A stretch of 64,000 nt of DNA from Camelus ferus (GCF_009834535.1 NC_045697.1:24120001-24184000), one strand, 5' to 3'. Counted from the first letter of the stretch, positions 12,858-25,879 are shown. Notes: generated from the sequence alone by a model not told the origin. Numbers and translations: made by a program.

Positions 12858-14106
12858 GTCATTAATTAATGAAGAAACCAGCAAGATACTGCAACTGATT
12901 CAAAGGAGAATTCAAATAGCACGGGTATATAGGCAATCAGGGATGCTGAAATGAATTGACAAATAGATACAAAACTGGTCAATATCCACAAAGCAGTGGT
13001 CAACTACATTCACTGAATAAAACTCATTTGCATTTCTATGAACAAGTATTATTGACATTGCTATCAGGTTTTTTTTCCCCACAACTTACAGAGTTGTAGA
13101 ATTCAAAGACAGTATGTGATATTTGATCTACTTATTTCAAACATTATTAAAAGAGTACAGAAAAACATGTATTTGGGACTGTTACTCACACGGAGAGTAT
13201 AATTATTAAAACCATCCAAAACAAATGAGTAGTAGCTGCTTGAATCTCTGTTAGAAATACTTAGAAGCAAGAGCATTAACAAAGAGGTACCAGTAATACT
13301 TTTGCCGAAGCAAGCCGTATGTTGTTTTGCTATGCAGCAATGTTCTATCATACAGGAAAAAATATCTCCCCAAATTTATTCAGCTGATTATCTATTGCCT
13401 GGAAATTCTATTTGAGAAGCTCAGCAAACACCTTGCAGTGAAAACGAATAGAGAAAGAAATGTGCTGTGCATGGAAAGTGAAATTCTACATGTACAAATT
13501 TAGAAATGTCAAATGCTAATAACTGACCCAATAATCATTGTAAAAGGAAATCATCCTACTCAGATATTTCTCTGAATTATCTAAAAGGCATGTGCTGATC
13601 TTTAAACTGAAAAATTTTAAGAACTGCTTGCTTTCTTGAGAAATCTATTTGTTTTCTTGACGATCCTTTGTTCAAACAGTTGATTTCTCTGTTACAACAT
13701 AGCTGTTCAGTGCTGTGTTGTTATGTTTTGTTTTAATTGTTGAAATTCACTCATGAAAAGCTCCGTGGCTTTCAGGATATGTGTAGGAAGATTGTATTTT
13801 TGCATACTTTGTATCCTGGCAAGAAATCATTACGATGTGGGATGTACGGCGTCACATGATTTCTCCTGTATTTTTTCTTTCCATTTCATCCGAGCGGAAG
13901 TTTAGAGCTAGCAGTGGGCTATTTTCTGTTTAGACTGGGAGGTACAAGAGGCTGCTGCCAGAATTTGGATGTGAGAACTATTAAGATATAGGTAAAAGCT
14001 GTCTAGACTGACAAATCCAAGTGGCTAAGTTTCATTTGTATCCTATACCAGGTGCAGAGAGAAAAAACTTTGCATTTGAAATGCCTTACCCTTTGGCTCT
14101 GATATT

Positions 14107-14331
14107 CAAATAGTATTTTCGTGTTCAGGGATTCTACTCGGCTACTGAAGATTCCTGGGGTTCACTGATAGGGCCATATGGAATGAAATTAGGGTCAATT
14201 GATGTACAGAGTTGACCACCTTTGTAATCTAAGAAACTCTGCTTATACATGTTTTGCATACTGATTTCTACAAGGATTTTATTTGTAAAATAGAATCTGT
14301 TCTCAATTTTTTAAAAATATTGAAACTAAAC
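14107..14331. mobile_element. Probable old hAT-Charlie MER element
   Basis: TGTTTTGCATACTGATTTCTACAAGGATTTTATTTGTAAAATAG...AAAAATATTGAAACTA resembles a Charlie-family MITE end. Confidence 0.4.
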
Positions 14332-14917
14332 TACATTAATTTCCTATTGCTAGGCAACAGATTACAAAACAACTGACAACTTAAACCAATTCCGATTTAT
14401 TTTCTCACAGTTATGTAGGTCAGTAGTTCAGGTAGACCCAACTGGGTTCTCTGCTTAGGGTTATCACAAGGTTGGAATAAATGTGTCAGCTGGGCTGAAT
14501 TCTTAACTGTAAATTCTGAGGAAGAATCTGCTTCCCTGCATTTAGGTTACTGGCCAAATTCAGCAGCCTTGTTTCTGGGGGACCTCAGTCCTTGTTTCTT
14601 TGTTGGTACTTGGCTAGGGACTGCTGTCAGCTTCTACAAGCGGCTTATATTCCTTGCCCTATGACACCTTTAAAAGCCATTGAGGATGAGTCAAGTCCTT
14701 TTCACACATGAAATCTCTCTGACTTCTTCTGCTACCTGCCAGAGAAAACTCTCTGCTCTTGAGGGTTTATGAAATTTTTTAGGCTCCCTAGATCCTCCCC
14801 CAATTTTAAGGTCAACTGAATCATGTAACATAATCATGGAGGTGATATACCATCATTATTCAGTCTCCAGAATTATGACTGAAAATCTTAGGAGCATTTT
14901 AGGATTCTACTAACACT
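14332..14917 (-). mobile_element. MaLR solo LTR, MLT1E-like
   Basis: ATTAATTTCCTATTGCT...ATTTATTTTCTCACAGTTATGTAGGTCAG, GAAGAATCTGCTTCC, CAGAGAAAACTCTCTGCT, ATTTTAAGGTCAACTGA. Confidence 0.8.
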
Positions 14918-15983
14918 ATAATTATATTTGTAGTTGAAATAGTGTCAAGGGTAAATATGCGTGGAGGTACTTGATACACAATCACTCAGTGTATCTGGAA
15001 ATTCTTTTATGTGGCCCTTGGGGTGGTATCCTTGTGATCAAGAATTGGTATAAATGTTTTGATGGGCTTTGTGTAAGTAAATTCTATGAAGAAAAAAGTT
15101 AAATTAGGTACCGCTGTATTAAGGGAAAGTTCTCAAATTAAGACAAAAAAAATGTGGTCAGTTTTGATAATGCAAAGTTTTTTGTTTTTTGTTTTTTTTT
15201 TAAGAGAAGCCCAAATTTCAGTATTTATATTTCTTTTAAAATATATAATAAGATTTTTATATCACCAAATACAACCTCAGTAATTACTTTGAGCTTATTT
15301 TAATGAATATTATTACAGTAGGAAATGAATATTTGTTTGACTCTGATTCGTAGCACTTCTAATTTTTTAGAGTAGAGACTGTCTCCTCTTTGTCCCCAGA
15401 CACAAGTGTCTCTGTGTAAAGCATTAATAATAGGTACTACCTCTCTTGTTTCAGTAGTATATAGGAGCTGAGAAATTTCTAGAGCTTGAGCCTTGCGATT
15501 CCAACATATGTCAACAGGGAAAAATTTCACAGTGCTTAGAAAGTAGGGGTAAGCATATGTAAAAAGGACTATTTTTTTTACCTAATCGCATTCCTTAAAA
15601 TGAATGGAATTGTATATTTAAAATCTGCATTCTTCATTCAGAGGAACTTTTTTTTTAATAACCATTAGGCAAAATACTTAATACTATACCTAAGAAGGAA
15701 TCTGCTTATGATTTTTGGTTCTTTGTTTCTTCTTTACAACATTATATATGGTATTTACTATACTAAATAAAAGTCAGTTGTTGTGACAGGACATTAAGTA
15801 AGATGAGAAAGTAAAACCAGGTAGCATAAGAAATCCATGAGAGCTAGGTCATGCTTCTAAATATATAAATTAACAGCTCTATAAAAATAATCTAGTTGAA
15901 TAAATAAAATGGAACCTGAAAAATGAAAAAAAGTATATGAAGCAAAAGAAATATTTAGAATGTATTAACCTCATATGTTCTTT

Positions 15984-16124
15984 ATTTTATTTTTATTGCA
16001 TTTTTATTGAAGTACAGTCAATTACAGTGTGTCAATCTCTGGTGTACAGCATAACGTACCAATCATGCATATACATACATATATTTGTTTTCATATTTTT
16101 TCCATTAAAAGTTATTATAAGATA
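15984..16124 (-). mobile_element. Young 5'-truncated L1 3' end (cetartiodactyl/camelid-like)
   Basis: T-rich tail then TTTTATTGAAGTACAGTCAATTACAGTGTGTCAATCTCTGGTGTACAGCAT; similar to the copies at 29046 and 45900-46148; possible TSD TCATATGTTCTTT/TCACAATTTCTTT (10/13). Confidence 0.8.
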
Positions 16125-16419
16125 TCACAATTTCTTTAAAAAGTACTAGGAAGAAAGTAAAAGTAAAGATCTGCTATCAATTTTTAATTAATCCAAAATA
16201 CTTATGTCTTATAGCAACAAGTTGTATATTTCTAATAAACTGTTCTAATACATAGAATTCTTAGTGAAATTTAGGTAATGTTCACTGCCAATTCATTGAA
16301 ATAAATGTTTTAAGTGCTTTAATGCTTGCCTCCATTAGTTAACAATTAAGGGGTGAAATGGGAAGGACTTAGATAAGTATGACAAGGTCCAAAATATAAA
16401 AATAAATTATACAGATGTT

Positions 16420-16472
16420 TATGTATATGTATGTGTGTGTGTGTGTGTGTGTGCGTGTATACATATATATGT
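16420..16472. repeat. (TG)n/(TA)n microsatellite
   Basis: Directly visible. Confidence 0.9.
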
Positions 16473-16477
16473 AAACA

Positions 16478-16655
16478 CATTAATGATGTGTTGGTGTAGT
16501 TTTATCAGTGGTAACAAATGTATCACTCTGATGAGGGAAGTTGAAAATGGGAGAGGCTATGCATGTGGGGAGGCAGGTAGTATACAAAATATCTCTGTGC
16601 CTTTCTCAATTTTGCTGTGAATATAAAACTACTCTAAAAAAATAGTGTCTAAAAA
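16478..16655 (+). mobile_element. L1MC-like 3' UTR end
   Basis: GTAACAAATGTATCACTCTGATGAGGGAAGTTGAAAATGGGAGAGGCTATGCATGTGGGGAGGCAGG...TCAATTTTGCTGTGAATATAAAACTACTCTAAAAAAATA. Confidence 0.8.
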
Positions 16656-17154
16656 TGATAGTGATGGAATGTCTTAGAAGGGACATTATTTCAGGATGTT
16701 ACTAGATACCCTTTATTAATATATAATAGGAGAAAAATAATAGAAAATATAGGATAATATGTATCATTTAATAACTATTTGAAGTGAAAAAATAAATAGC
16801 CTAGTTTTCAAATTGGATGCAAGGGGTAATAATGCCATTAAGCATCCATGAACTTATGGGTTCTTTTTCAGAATCTACTTCTAGATTTTTAATAGAATAA
16901 GAAAGTCAACCTGATTTTAAAAGTTTATACTGTAATTAGAATACTAGTGGTGTATGGTAAATAGTTTCTGATTATTATTTTTGCCTTCACATTTATTGAC
17001 TTTAATTTTGAAGATGGATATGTTAAAAATACTATACCTCTTATTTCCTGGTATTCCATAATAGCCTTTTGTTTGCATTGGTGTTGTACTTTCACTGTAA
17101 TGTTATCTGCATTCTCTTTCTTACTCTACTGCTTATAGGGAAATGGAGTTTAGA

Positions 17155-17385
17155 TTTATTTAGCATCTTTTACATGCCAAGCACTGTGCACTCTACTTAA
17201 GCTACTTCATTTCAAGCAATCCTTATGTTATTTTATTTTATGTTATTGTCACACACTCTAGTCAGTAGGTATTAGTGGAGTCATTGCACAAATGAGGAAA
17301 TTGAGATTTAGGGATATAATTTGCTCAAAGTCATATATACAATTAGTGGTGGTTCCAGTATTCAATACAGGTATGCACCTGCATT
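17155..17385 (-). mobile_element. MIR SINE
   Basis: ATTTATTTAGCATCTTTTACATGCCAAGCACTGTGC...CAAATGAGGAAATTGAGATTTAG...ATTTGCTCAAAGTCATA. Confidence 0.75.
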
Positions 17386-18494
17386 TAGAGACCATTCAAC
17401 ACAACCATTTTATGTGAGGTGTTAAGTTACTGACATCCAGTAAATAATTTACTCAAAGTTGAGAAATGGTAAAGCAACAATTAGAACACAAACTGTTCAG
17501 TTCTACAATTTGTTTTCTACTCTTATCTTAACATTTTAAAAAATAAAATTGTTGAGAACTTTTTTATAGCCAGATGTCTCAACTGACCATAATAGTTTCT
17601 TTAGAAACAGAGAGCCAATAGGTATATCCAACTGTATGCTCCTCTCATAAGTAGATACATGCTACAAAGTACACTATAGCCATATCATTTTGAAGTGTTC
17701 CTATAAATAATGTCATCCCGTGAAATCCTCCACAATCCCTTGACAAACTCAAGCATACCCAACAAGCAAGTGCACCCACAAATGATGGATATGTAGATAT
17801 CTTAATTCCACTATGCACAGATTAATAGAGTCCTATATATGGCCATTGAAATATCAATGTAATACAGAAACACAGAGAAATACAAATGTGTCCACCTATA
17901 AAAATACTGCTAGATAGATAAAACATTGGTAATAGCAGTAAGCAAGCACTGACTAACACACACAGAAATGCCCACCGATGTTATATACTAAAAATACCTA
18001 CACACAGTTGTTTTTTAAATTCTGAATCACTTTCTATATTTTCAGATAAACCTGAGTCTTCCTAACTTTCCTTATATAAAATGGCAGGAGTATAAAAATA
18101 AAAAGATTTACTGTGTTACCCATTAACATTTGTTTTTAGACATTATATAAATGCAGATAACAAAAAATGATCCAAATGATAACATCAACATAATACAGAA
18201 TCTTTAGAAATCAGAAGTTACAGGTAAGACCTTTGATATTTTCTGAATTAACCAACTCTTTCCTCTTACGCCTGTGAGTTTATGAATACTTTCTAAGTTT
18301 TCATGCAGTGCCAATCAAAGTTGAAAATGGCACGATATACACTAACTAGGATTCATTTGGATATTGTCACATTAAGCTTTCACCTCTTTGTGATTCCATA
18401 AAACCTGGATTTTGGATATTACTCTTGCAAAAAACAGCCTACCTCAGACTATGTAAAGAATTCCTCCTTGTATTATCAGGCTATTAAATTTATC

Positions 18495-18800
18495 ACTCAC
18501 TTATTCAACCATTTCTTCATTCAAAATTCAAAAAGATGCTTACAAAACATGACCATATAAAACTAATCATTGAGATTGGATATGCAGAAATATATGAAAT
18601 ACTGACCCTGTACTGCCTGCCTTGTACTCACTCTAGGATGAAAGCAAGTGTTCAAATAACTAAAAATGTACCATGGCCAATGGAAAATAAATAAAAGCAT
18701 AGAAGTATCAGGAATGGGAAAGATGTTCATCTACTCAGAGTGGGAAGCAAATAAGTTTTCCTGGATGAAGAGAAGCTGTATCAGGTCTTGATGAGCATCA
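18495..18800 (-). mobile_element. L2 3' fragment
   Basis: CACTCACTTATTCAACCATTTCTTCATTCA tail followed by L2-like body. Confidence 0.5.
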
Positions 18801-18844
18801 TTTGATCCTAGACTCCAAGCCTAGGTGAGAATGTTGAATCTTGC

Positions 18845-19341
18845 GATGGAGTGAATATCATTTGCATATGGAAGGAAAGTAGATGTCTGCGAAGAGGAGA
18901 AATAGGAGAGGTTCTAAAAATGATGATAAATTTTCTCTTCCATCAAGAGACAAAGTCTCCTTCTTTACTCCTTAAATCTATGCTGGCCACGTGACTGGCC
19001 TTAGCCAATGGGAAATTGGCAATTGTGAAGCACACATCAACTTGAAGAGCATCTGTATTTGCTTCTTTTGGAACATTTTGTCATGTGACTGAGACCAGAT
19101 TAGATGGCTGAATGAGAGAGGGCATGTGGCCCAGTGGCCAGCTGTCATTCAGTTAACTTCCTGAAACAGACCTGTTGAGCTGACTAGAAGCTGACCACAG
19201 ATGAATGAATGAAGTCAGCAGAGAATTACCTAAATGAATCCAACCCAAATTCTCAGAATCAAGAAGAGCTCAATAAGCAGTTGTTAACTTCAAGGAACTG
19301 GGTTCTTTGAGTGGTTTGTTGCCCAGCAAAAACTGATAACA
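18845..19341 (+). mobile_element. MaLR LTR (MLT1G/H-like) with a short internal-sequence end
   Basis: CCTTAAATCTATGCTGGCCACGTGACTGGCCTTAGCCAATGG, GCTGACCACAGATGAATGAATGA; ends GTGGTTTGTTGCCCAGCAAAAACTGATAACA. Confidence 0.7.
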
Positions 19342-19489
19342 GTGCCTGTGTTTGTCAGTGTGTATTTCACTATTGTATATAAAGAATAAGAGATGGATCA
19401 GGTATCCAGGCAATGATAAAGTGAAGGATATTGTATACAAATTGCCTACTAAATTTTAATGATGATCTTGCATCTAAAGGACTCCTGAG

Positions 19490-19595
19490 AGTATAATATA
19501 CTATATTATATTATATATATATAGTGTGTGTGTGTGTGTGTGTGTATGTATATATATATATAAAATACATATATATATATAAAATATATATATAC
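19490..19595. repeat. Compound (TA)n(TG)n(TA)n microsatellite
   Basis: Directly visible. Confidence 0.9.
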
Positions 19596-20640
19596 TTCCT
19601 CTCAGGGTGAAGTAATCATAGTTTCTCAGTATATTCTTTCTCTTGCAATTCTCTATCATATAAATGAACTGAACATCCCATCTTTTTTTAAGCTTTGTTA
19701 ATTGAGCAAAGGAAATTTTTTCAAAAAATAATAATTTGCTTGTTTTTAATTCTTTTATAGGTAAAATTCATAGCACTCCTGACTGTTGAGAGCAGTCATT
19801 CACACCATTGAGAGGGGGAGTAGGTACACCCACATCTCTCTTCACAGTATTTTCACACCCAGTGAACAGTGGACAATGTCTTTAGGCCACAACTTTTTGT
19901 AAACTCTTCAAAGTGAATATCAGCAGCATCTCCGATATGTATAAAGAAGTATACATATACACATATTTATACATTTTTGCTGTTCTGGGTAAAGTTGAGT
20001 CTATTTATCAATAGCATAATTCCAAGAACTAATCTGGGCTTTAAGCCTCAGAATACCAATAGTAATTTCTACAGATCAAGATTACCATACCTTGTATAAC
20101 CTACACTAACCTGTTCTTTGAAATAGCTTCCTTTTTCTTTTTTTCCTTTCTTCATTGTGTGATTGAAGGTGTTGACTTCAATCAACAAAATCAAATCTTT
20201 GTGTGGTTTTATGTCTCAGTTGCCTTGGAGATTGTGTTTCTCTGCATATGCTGTTAGACAATTAAGTGGAATGGCTGGCATCTGCTACCTCTTGATTTAA
20301 TTTTAGTTTGGGGTTTGATGTACTCACAGTAAGCACAGTTTAATAAATTTAATAAGTGGTTTAAAGCACACAGTCAAAAAGTGATCTGATGTGTTATGTT
20401 TGTTTAACTCTTTATAGGACACAGATACCTTACAGAGTCCAAAGTGAAAGAAGAATGTCAGGAAAATTACAGGTTATAGGTGGGAAAAAACAATGATTCC
20501 AAAACTTATAAAAAATAATCTAACTTAAAACTTGACTTTAAATATTTTTCTTCTCTGGAAAAAGTAAACTTGTAATTTCATAGAATTGTCTGGAGTCATA
20601 GTTCTGTAAAGTAGTAAAGTTCATAACAGAAAGTGTTACT

Positions 20641-20816
20641 TGACTGTTCTCAGTCTTTGCTATACATTAGACATTCCCAGGATTTTTTTTTTTTTCTTTT
20701 GTATTGGTGCCTGGGCCACACCCTCAGAGATTCCAAGGTCTGGGATGAGGCCCAGTTACAGGCATTCAAAAAATTCCCCATTTGATTCTAATATGCAGTT
20801 GGGCTGAAAACCACTG
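20641..20816. mobile_element. MER5A-like hAT MITE
   Basis: TGCCTGGGCCACACCCTCAGAGATTC...GGTCTGGGATGAGGCCCAG...TGATTCTAATATGCAG...GCTGAAAACCACTG. Confidence 0.8.
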
Positions 20817-21079
20817 GGCTATAAAAATAAATGGCCTCTATTATCTCCTTTTGAAAATAATATAATAGGAGCATTACTCTCTCAAGTCAGAAAAAAGGAG
20901 AATGAGAAAGGGAAAAAAATGTTCCTAGCTCTCCTGATTATTAATAGCCTCCACTGAAGCCACGGAAGCAACCCTTGGACAACTACTTTAAAGTCCTAGA
21001 GCTGGCGAAGTCAGAAAGTGAGTATTTCATGAGCTGGTGTTCCGTGCCATAGTAAAGCAGTTTAGTCCATATTAAGCAG

Positions 21080-21210
21080 TAGTGACTACTTACTATGCAC
21101 TCGTGCTTTGTGCTCTATGTACATTATCTCTCTTGACCTTTACAGCAGTGTAAATGATACCATTACGTTTTTATTGCGATACAAAACAAGGCTAAGATAA
21201 ATTAGGTCAT
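21080..21210 (-). mobile_element. MIR fragment
   Basis: TGACTACTTACTATGCAC...TGTGCTCTATGTACATTATCTC. Confidence 0.5.
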
Positions 21211-21564
21211 GAGTGACTTTGTTGTTTTATAATTTACTTTATATAGTATGTGAGCTAATTTTAATCAGTAATGTAGGGATGGTTAGTTTTTCTAAGAGAG
21301 AATATTTACCCAAGGGCTGGTCAGTACCATCTGAAAGCTTCTAATTTGAAGTGCATACTCCAGTGATTTCTCTAAAAATCCTGAAAATGCTTCAAATTTT
21401 TTGATCAGGAGACAACACTAGAGACTCTGTTAACTTGCATAAATAATGTCAGACATAGTTCACCCCAGTATGAATGGTATAAAAGGATCTATGTAGGCCA
21501 GGAGCCAGTTTTCCTCAGAATGTGATGTACTTGATTCTGACAGGAGCTCATGTGCAGAGTATTC

Positions 21565-24300
21565 TTTTTTCCCTTTTGTACAGCTTTATTAGGCTATAAT
21601 TGGCTACAGCATATTATATAGAGAGAAAGTGTACAATTTAAAATATACAATTATAATATTGAACATACGCATCACTGGCAAAAGTGTTCTGTTCCCACTT
21701 TGTGATTTTACTTCCTCCCGCTCCTTCTGGGATTCCCTACTCCACCTCAGACTGCTGGTCCCCAAGGAGTCATTGATCTCCTTCTGTCACTGTAGATTAA
21801 TTTGAATTTTCTAGAATTTTGTAAAAATAGAATCACATATAACATTTATTTTTGAGCCTTTTTCACTCTGTATAATAATTTTTAAATTCCTCCATGTTTG
21901 TTGCGTGTGCCAACAGTTCATTCCCATCCTATTTCTGAATTACAGTATTCCACTGAATGAATATACCAAAACTTGTTTATCCACTTGTCTATTGAGAGAC
22001 ACTGGGCATTTTTCCATTTTGAGGTTATTACAAATAAAGCCACAAGAACATTCATGCAAAAGTCTTTCTGTGGACACATGTTTTTATTTCTTTTGGATAA
22101 ATACCTAGTAGTAGAATTGTAGGGTCACATGGCAGGTGTAGATTTGACTTTAAGAAACTGCCAAAGAGTTTGCAAAATATACCATTTATATTCTTGCCAG
22201 CATTGTATGAAGTTTTCAGTAGTTCCACACGCTTGCCAACATTTGACTTAAGTCTTAAATTTTAGTTACCAAGTATTGAATGTGTGGTAGAACTTAATGT
22301 GACTTTAATTTAATTTCTAATTAGTAATGATGTCACATACTTTTTCTTGTAATGGATGACTATATAAACTTTTTTTCAATTTCTAAATTTTTTCTTTCCT
22401 TTTTAAAAATTGAGATATAATTGACCTATAACCTTGTATTAGCTTTTGGTGTACAACATGATGGTTTTATATGTATATATTGCAAAATGATTACTACGTA
22501 ATATCCATCACCACATGTAGTTACACTTTTTTTTCTTGTGGTAAAAGTTTTTAAGATCTACTCTGTTAGTAACTTTCAAATATACAATACAGTACTGTTA
22601 GCTATAGTCATCATCCTGTACATTACATCCCCAGGACTTAGGTTCCATGTTATACCTGGAAATTTATACTTTTGACCACCTTCACTCATTTTGCCCACAC
22701 CTACCCTCATTTTTGATGAAGTTGTTCAAGTCTTTGTCCATTTTCAATTGAGTTGTCAGTCTTATTATCACATTGTGAGTTCTCTACATATTCTAGATAA
22801 AGATATATCTGACAGAGGTGTTTTGCACATACTTTCTCCCCATCTGTAGCTTACATTTCCATTTACTTAATAGTGTTTTTCTCTTAAATGAAAAAAATTC
22901 TAACTTTTGGGGAATCCAATTTATTACTGTTTTTTTTACAGTTTGTGCTTTTGGCGTCTATTTACTAAATCTTTGTCCAACTTAAGGTCACTAAGATTTT
23001 GTATAGATAATATTTTTAAATTTTCTTAGAAGTACTGTTTAGCTTTCAAATATAGATTTATTATTCATTTTTAATTAATATTTTATACTGTATGAGGAAA
23101 GGGTTGAAGTTCATTTTCTGCATGTGGCTGTATAAACATTCTGGCAACACTTTATGAAAAGACCTATTTCCCATTGAGTTACTTTGGTACATTTTTCAAA
23201 TATCAATTTACCATATATGCATGGGTCTGTTTCTGGGCTCTTTTTTTTTCTGTGCCAATGATAGGTTTGATTATCTTTACACCAATAACAAACTTTTGTC
23301 ATTGCTGTAGCTTTATAAATCTTGATATGAGGGAGTGTAGGTCTTCCAACTTTGTTCTCTGTAAGTTCCTCTTGATGATTCTATCTCTTTGGATTTCCAT
23401 ACAAATTTTAGAATCAATTTAGCTGTCATTTTCTACAAAGGCTTCTGGGAATTTGATTGAGATTGCTTTGCATCTATAAATCAATTTGCAGGGAATTGAC
23501 ATACTGTGATCAGATAATATACTTTGTGTTATTTGAATCCTTTTAGATGTATTAGGGCCTACTTTATGGTTCAAAACATAGTCTATCTTGGAAAATGTTT
23601 TATGTGCATTTGAAAAGAATGTATATTTTGCTGCTGTCGAGTGGAGAGTTCTATAAATTTCATAATTGGGTGTTTGTAAATAGAGTTGTTTAGGTATAGG
23701 TTTAGGTATACTGTATAGTTTAGATCTACTGCAGCCTAACTGATTTTCTGTCTACTTGCAATATTGATTACTGAGAGAAGGCAGTAACTGTATGTGGAGA
23801 TTTGTTTATGTCCACTTTCAGGTCTATCAATTTTTACTTCATGTATTTTGAAACTCAGTTTTTAGACACCTAAGCATTCAGAATTGTTCAGTCCTCTTGA
23901 TGACATTATGTTTCTTGATGATCTATGTCCTTCTATCACTCGGAAATAACTCTTTATCCCTAGTCTTGCTTTGAAATCGACTTTGTCTAACATTAATATA
24001 AGCAACTGAGCTTTTTTTAAAATTTGTATTAGTGTGATATACTTTTGTTAACCAGACATTTAGTTTTAACTTATTTCTGCTCTTATATTTAAATTAGAGG
24101 GTTTTTGGCAGTATATAGTTGGGGCTTGCATTTTATTCACAATCAGAGTCTCTACCTTATCATGGTGGTGTTTAAATAATTTACATATAATGTAATTATT
24201 AATAGGCTTAGGTTTAAATCTGCCATTTTGCTATTTATTCTTATTGATGTAATTTGGTTTTTGCTTCAGTTTTCTCCTTGTGTTTCGCCTTCTACTCTGA
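21565..24300 (-). mobile_element. Old L1 (L1MB/L1MC-like): 3'UTR, ORF2 C-terminal part and EN region; RT domain missing
   Basis: ORF 23111-23302 translates as VCYWCKDNQTYHWHR..PETDPCIYGKLIFEK..LFIKCCQN (ORF2p C-terminal half); about 23560-23655 reads YRTLHSTAAKYTFFSNAHKTFSKIDY (EN) on the minus strand. Confidence 0.85.
22390..22712 (-). mobile_element. L1MA9-like 3' end nested in the older L1
   Basis: TTGAGATATAATTGACC...TTTAAGATCTACTCTGTTAGTAACTTTCAAATATACAATACAGTA...TTTGACCACCTTCACTCATTT; host L1 text resumes at GATGAAGTTGTTCAAG. Confidence 0.8.
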
Positions 24301-24907
24301 GTATTCTTGCTACCTGAACTTGGTCATGTCACAGGCTGAATTCTGCTACTAAAATATCTTTGAATGCAAAATATTTTTTGAATGCAGTCTTCATGCAAGG
24401 TACTACTAGAAGGAAAAAAAGGGTGGGGCAGAGATCAAGAAAGTTACAAAACATGTAACATGATTTCTATGACTCTTTCTGTGCCTCCTTGTGAATAAAT
24501 GCTAGTGTGGCTCATGGAATTGTCTGAAACTTGCTTTTATCATAAACTATATGAGATATTAGATTGGAAAGCTTTAGCTCTAATGCTAGCATTATAATAC
24601 TTAAAAACTTATCTAATCATTTAATTAGTCAACTTCCCTAGGTCACATATCTTCTAAATGATATTACAACCACTCCATTAAAAAATGAATTTCAAGAAAT
24701 ACAACTCTGCCTCTTCTTATCTCTTCCCCCATTTGCCAAGAATTCCATTTCTAGGACTGTGGTCTTTAGTACTTGATATAATTTAGGGAGTATTGGGCCA
24801 ATTCCCTAATGTCATAATACGGAGGACCTGAGACCTGATCAGCTTAAGTGAGTTGCTCTAATTCTGATCACTGATAGTGAAGTTGAGTTTAGGCCTCCTG
24901 GTCAGCC

Positions 24908-25417
24908 TGCTAAAAACAGAATGTATGGAGGTTTAGCCTGTTTACCAGCTATTAAGTAGGCTTGCCACAGCTCCATGGACACTGGCAGAAGTCTGGAGAC
25001 TACCAGGTTAGAGAAAAAGGAGCGTTTAATAGTTATAACACTAGCAGCAGCCAGCGATTCAGCATTTTTGCTTGTTCATTAAGTTCCAGTTTCCACTGGG
25101 TGACATGAAGAGGGCCAGATGACACCTGCTTTTTCAGTGCATTGTGTTATAGGAGAGAAGCCTGGAGCTTAGGAAGCCAAATATTTCATAATGAGCAATA
25201 AGCCTGCTTTATTTTCCCAGAGGGAGACATCTTTATTATACTGGACATTAAATAAACCTATTATTTGACCCCTAGGGAGATATTCTCTCTACCTTCTGGA
25301 GTGGTTTGCTATGTCACACATCCTTGAACAGATTTTCTCGTACAAATGGAATCAATGTCCCTACTCAAACAATATGCAGAAACACAACAAACCAGCAGAG
25401 AACTGTCTGCCAATACA
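24908..25417 (-). mobile_element. ERVL solo LTR, LTR40-like, apparently inserted in a MIR
   Basis: Reverse complement starts TGTATTGGCAGACAGTTCTC; homologous along its length to 30346-30858; MIR-like text at 24790-24907 and just after 25417. Confidence 0.75.
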
Positions 25418-25455
25418 GTCCAAACCTCTTCTCACTATAATTCTAAAGTCTTGGT

Positions 25456-25816
25456 CCATAAAAAAGAATGAAATAATGTCATTTGTAGCAACATGGATAA
25501 TAGAGATTATCATATTAACTGAGGTAATTCAGACAGAGAAAGACAAATATCATATGTTGTCATTTATATGTGGAATATAATAAAGATACAGATTTTATTT
25601 AGAAACCGGAAATAGACTCACAGACATAGAAAACAAATTGTAGTTACTGGGGGCAAAGGTTAGGGGAAGGATAAAATAGGAGTCTAGGGTTAACAGATAC
25701 ACATTTCTATATATAAAATAGATAAACAAGGACCTATATAGCACGGGGAACTATATTCAATTTATTGTAATGAGCTGTAATGGAAAAGAATCTGAAATAT
25801 ATACATATGTAAAAAA
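25456..25816 (+). mobile_element. 5'-truncated L1 (ORF2 end plus most of the 3'UTR) with TSD
   Basis: Encodes IKKNEIMSFVATW..EIIILTEVIQTEKDKYHMLSFICG (ORF2p C-terminus); AGTCTTGGT at 25447-25455 and 25818-25826. Confidence 0.9.
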
Positions 25817-25879
25817 CAGTCTTGGTATTCTACCACCTAGCTTCTTACTAGATGTATTACACTTTTACTTTTCATTGTG

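Noticed and set aside
12858..13060. Possible very old plus-strand L1 ORF2 fragment
   Set aside because: Similarity too weak to support by eye
23111..23302. 63-aa ORF with protein-like composition
   Set aside because: It is a decayed L1 ORF2p fragment, not a host gene
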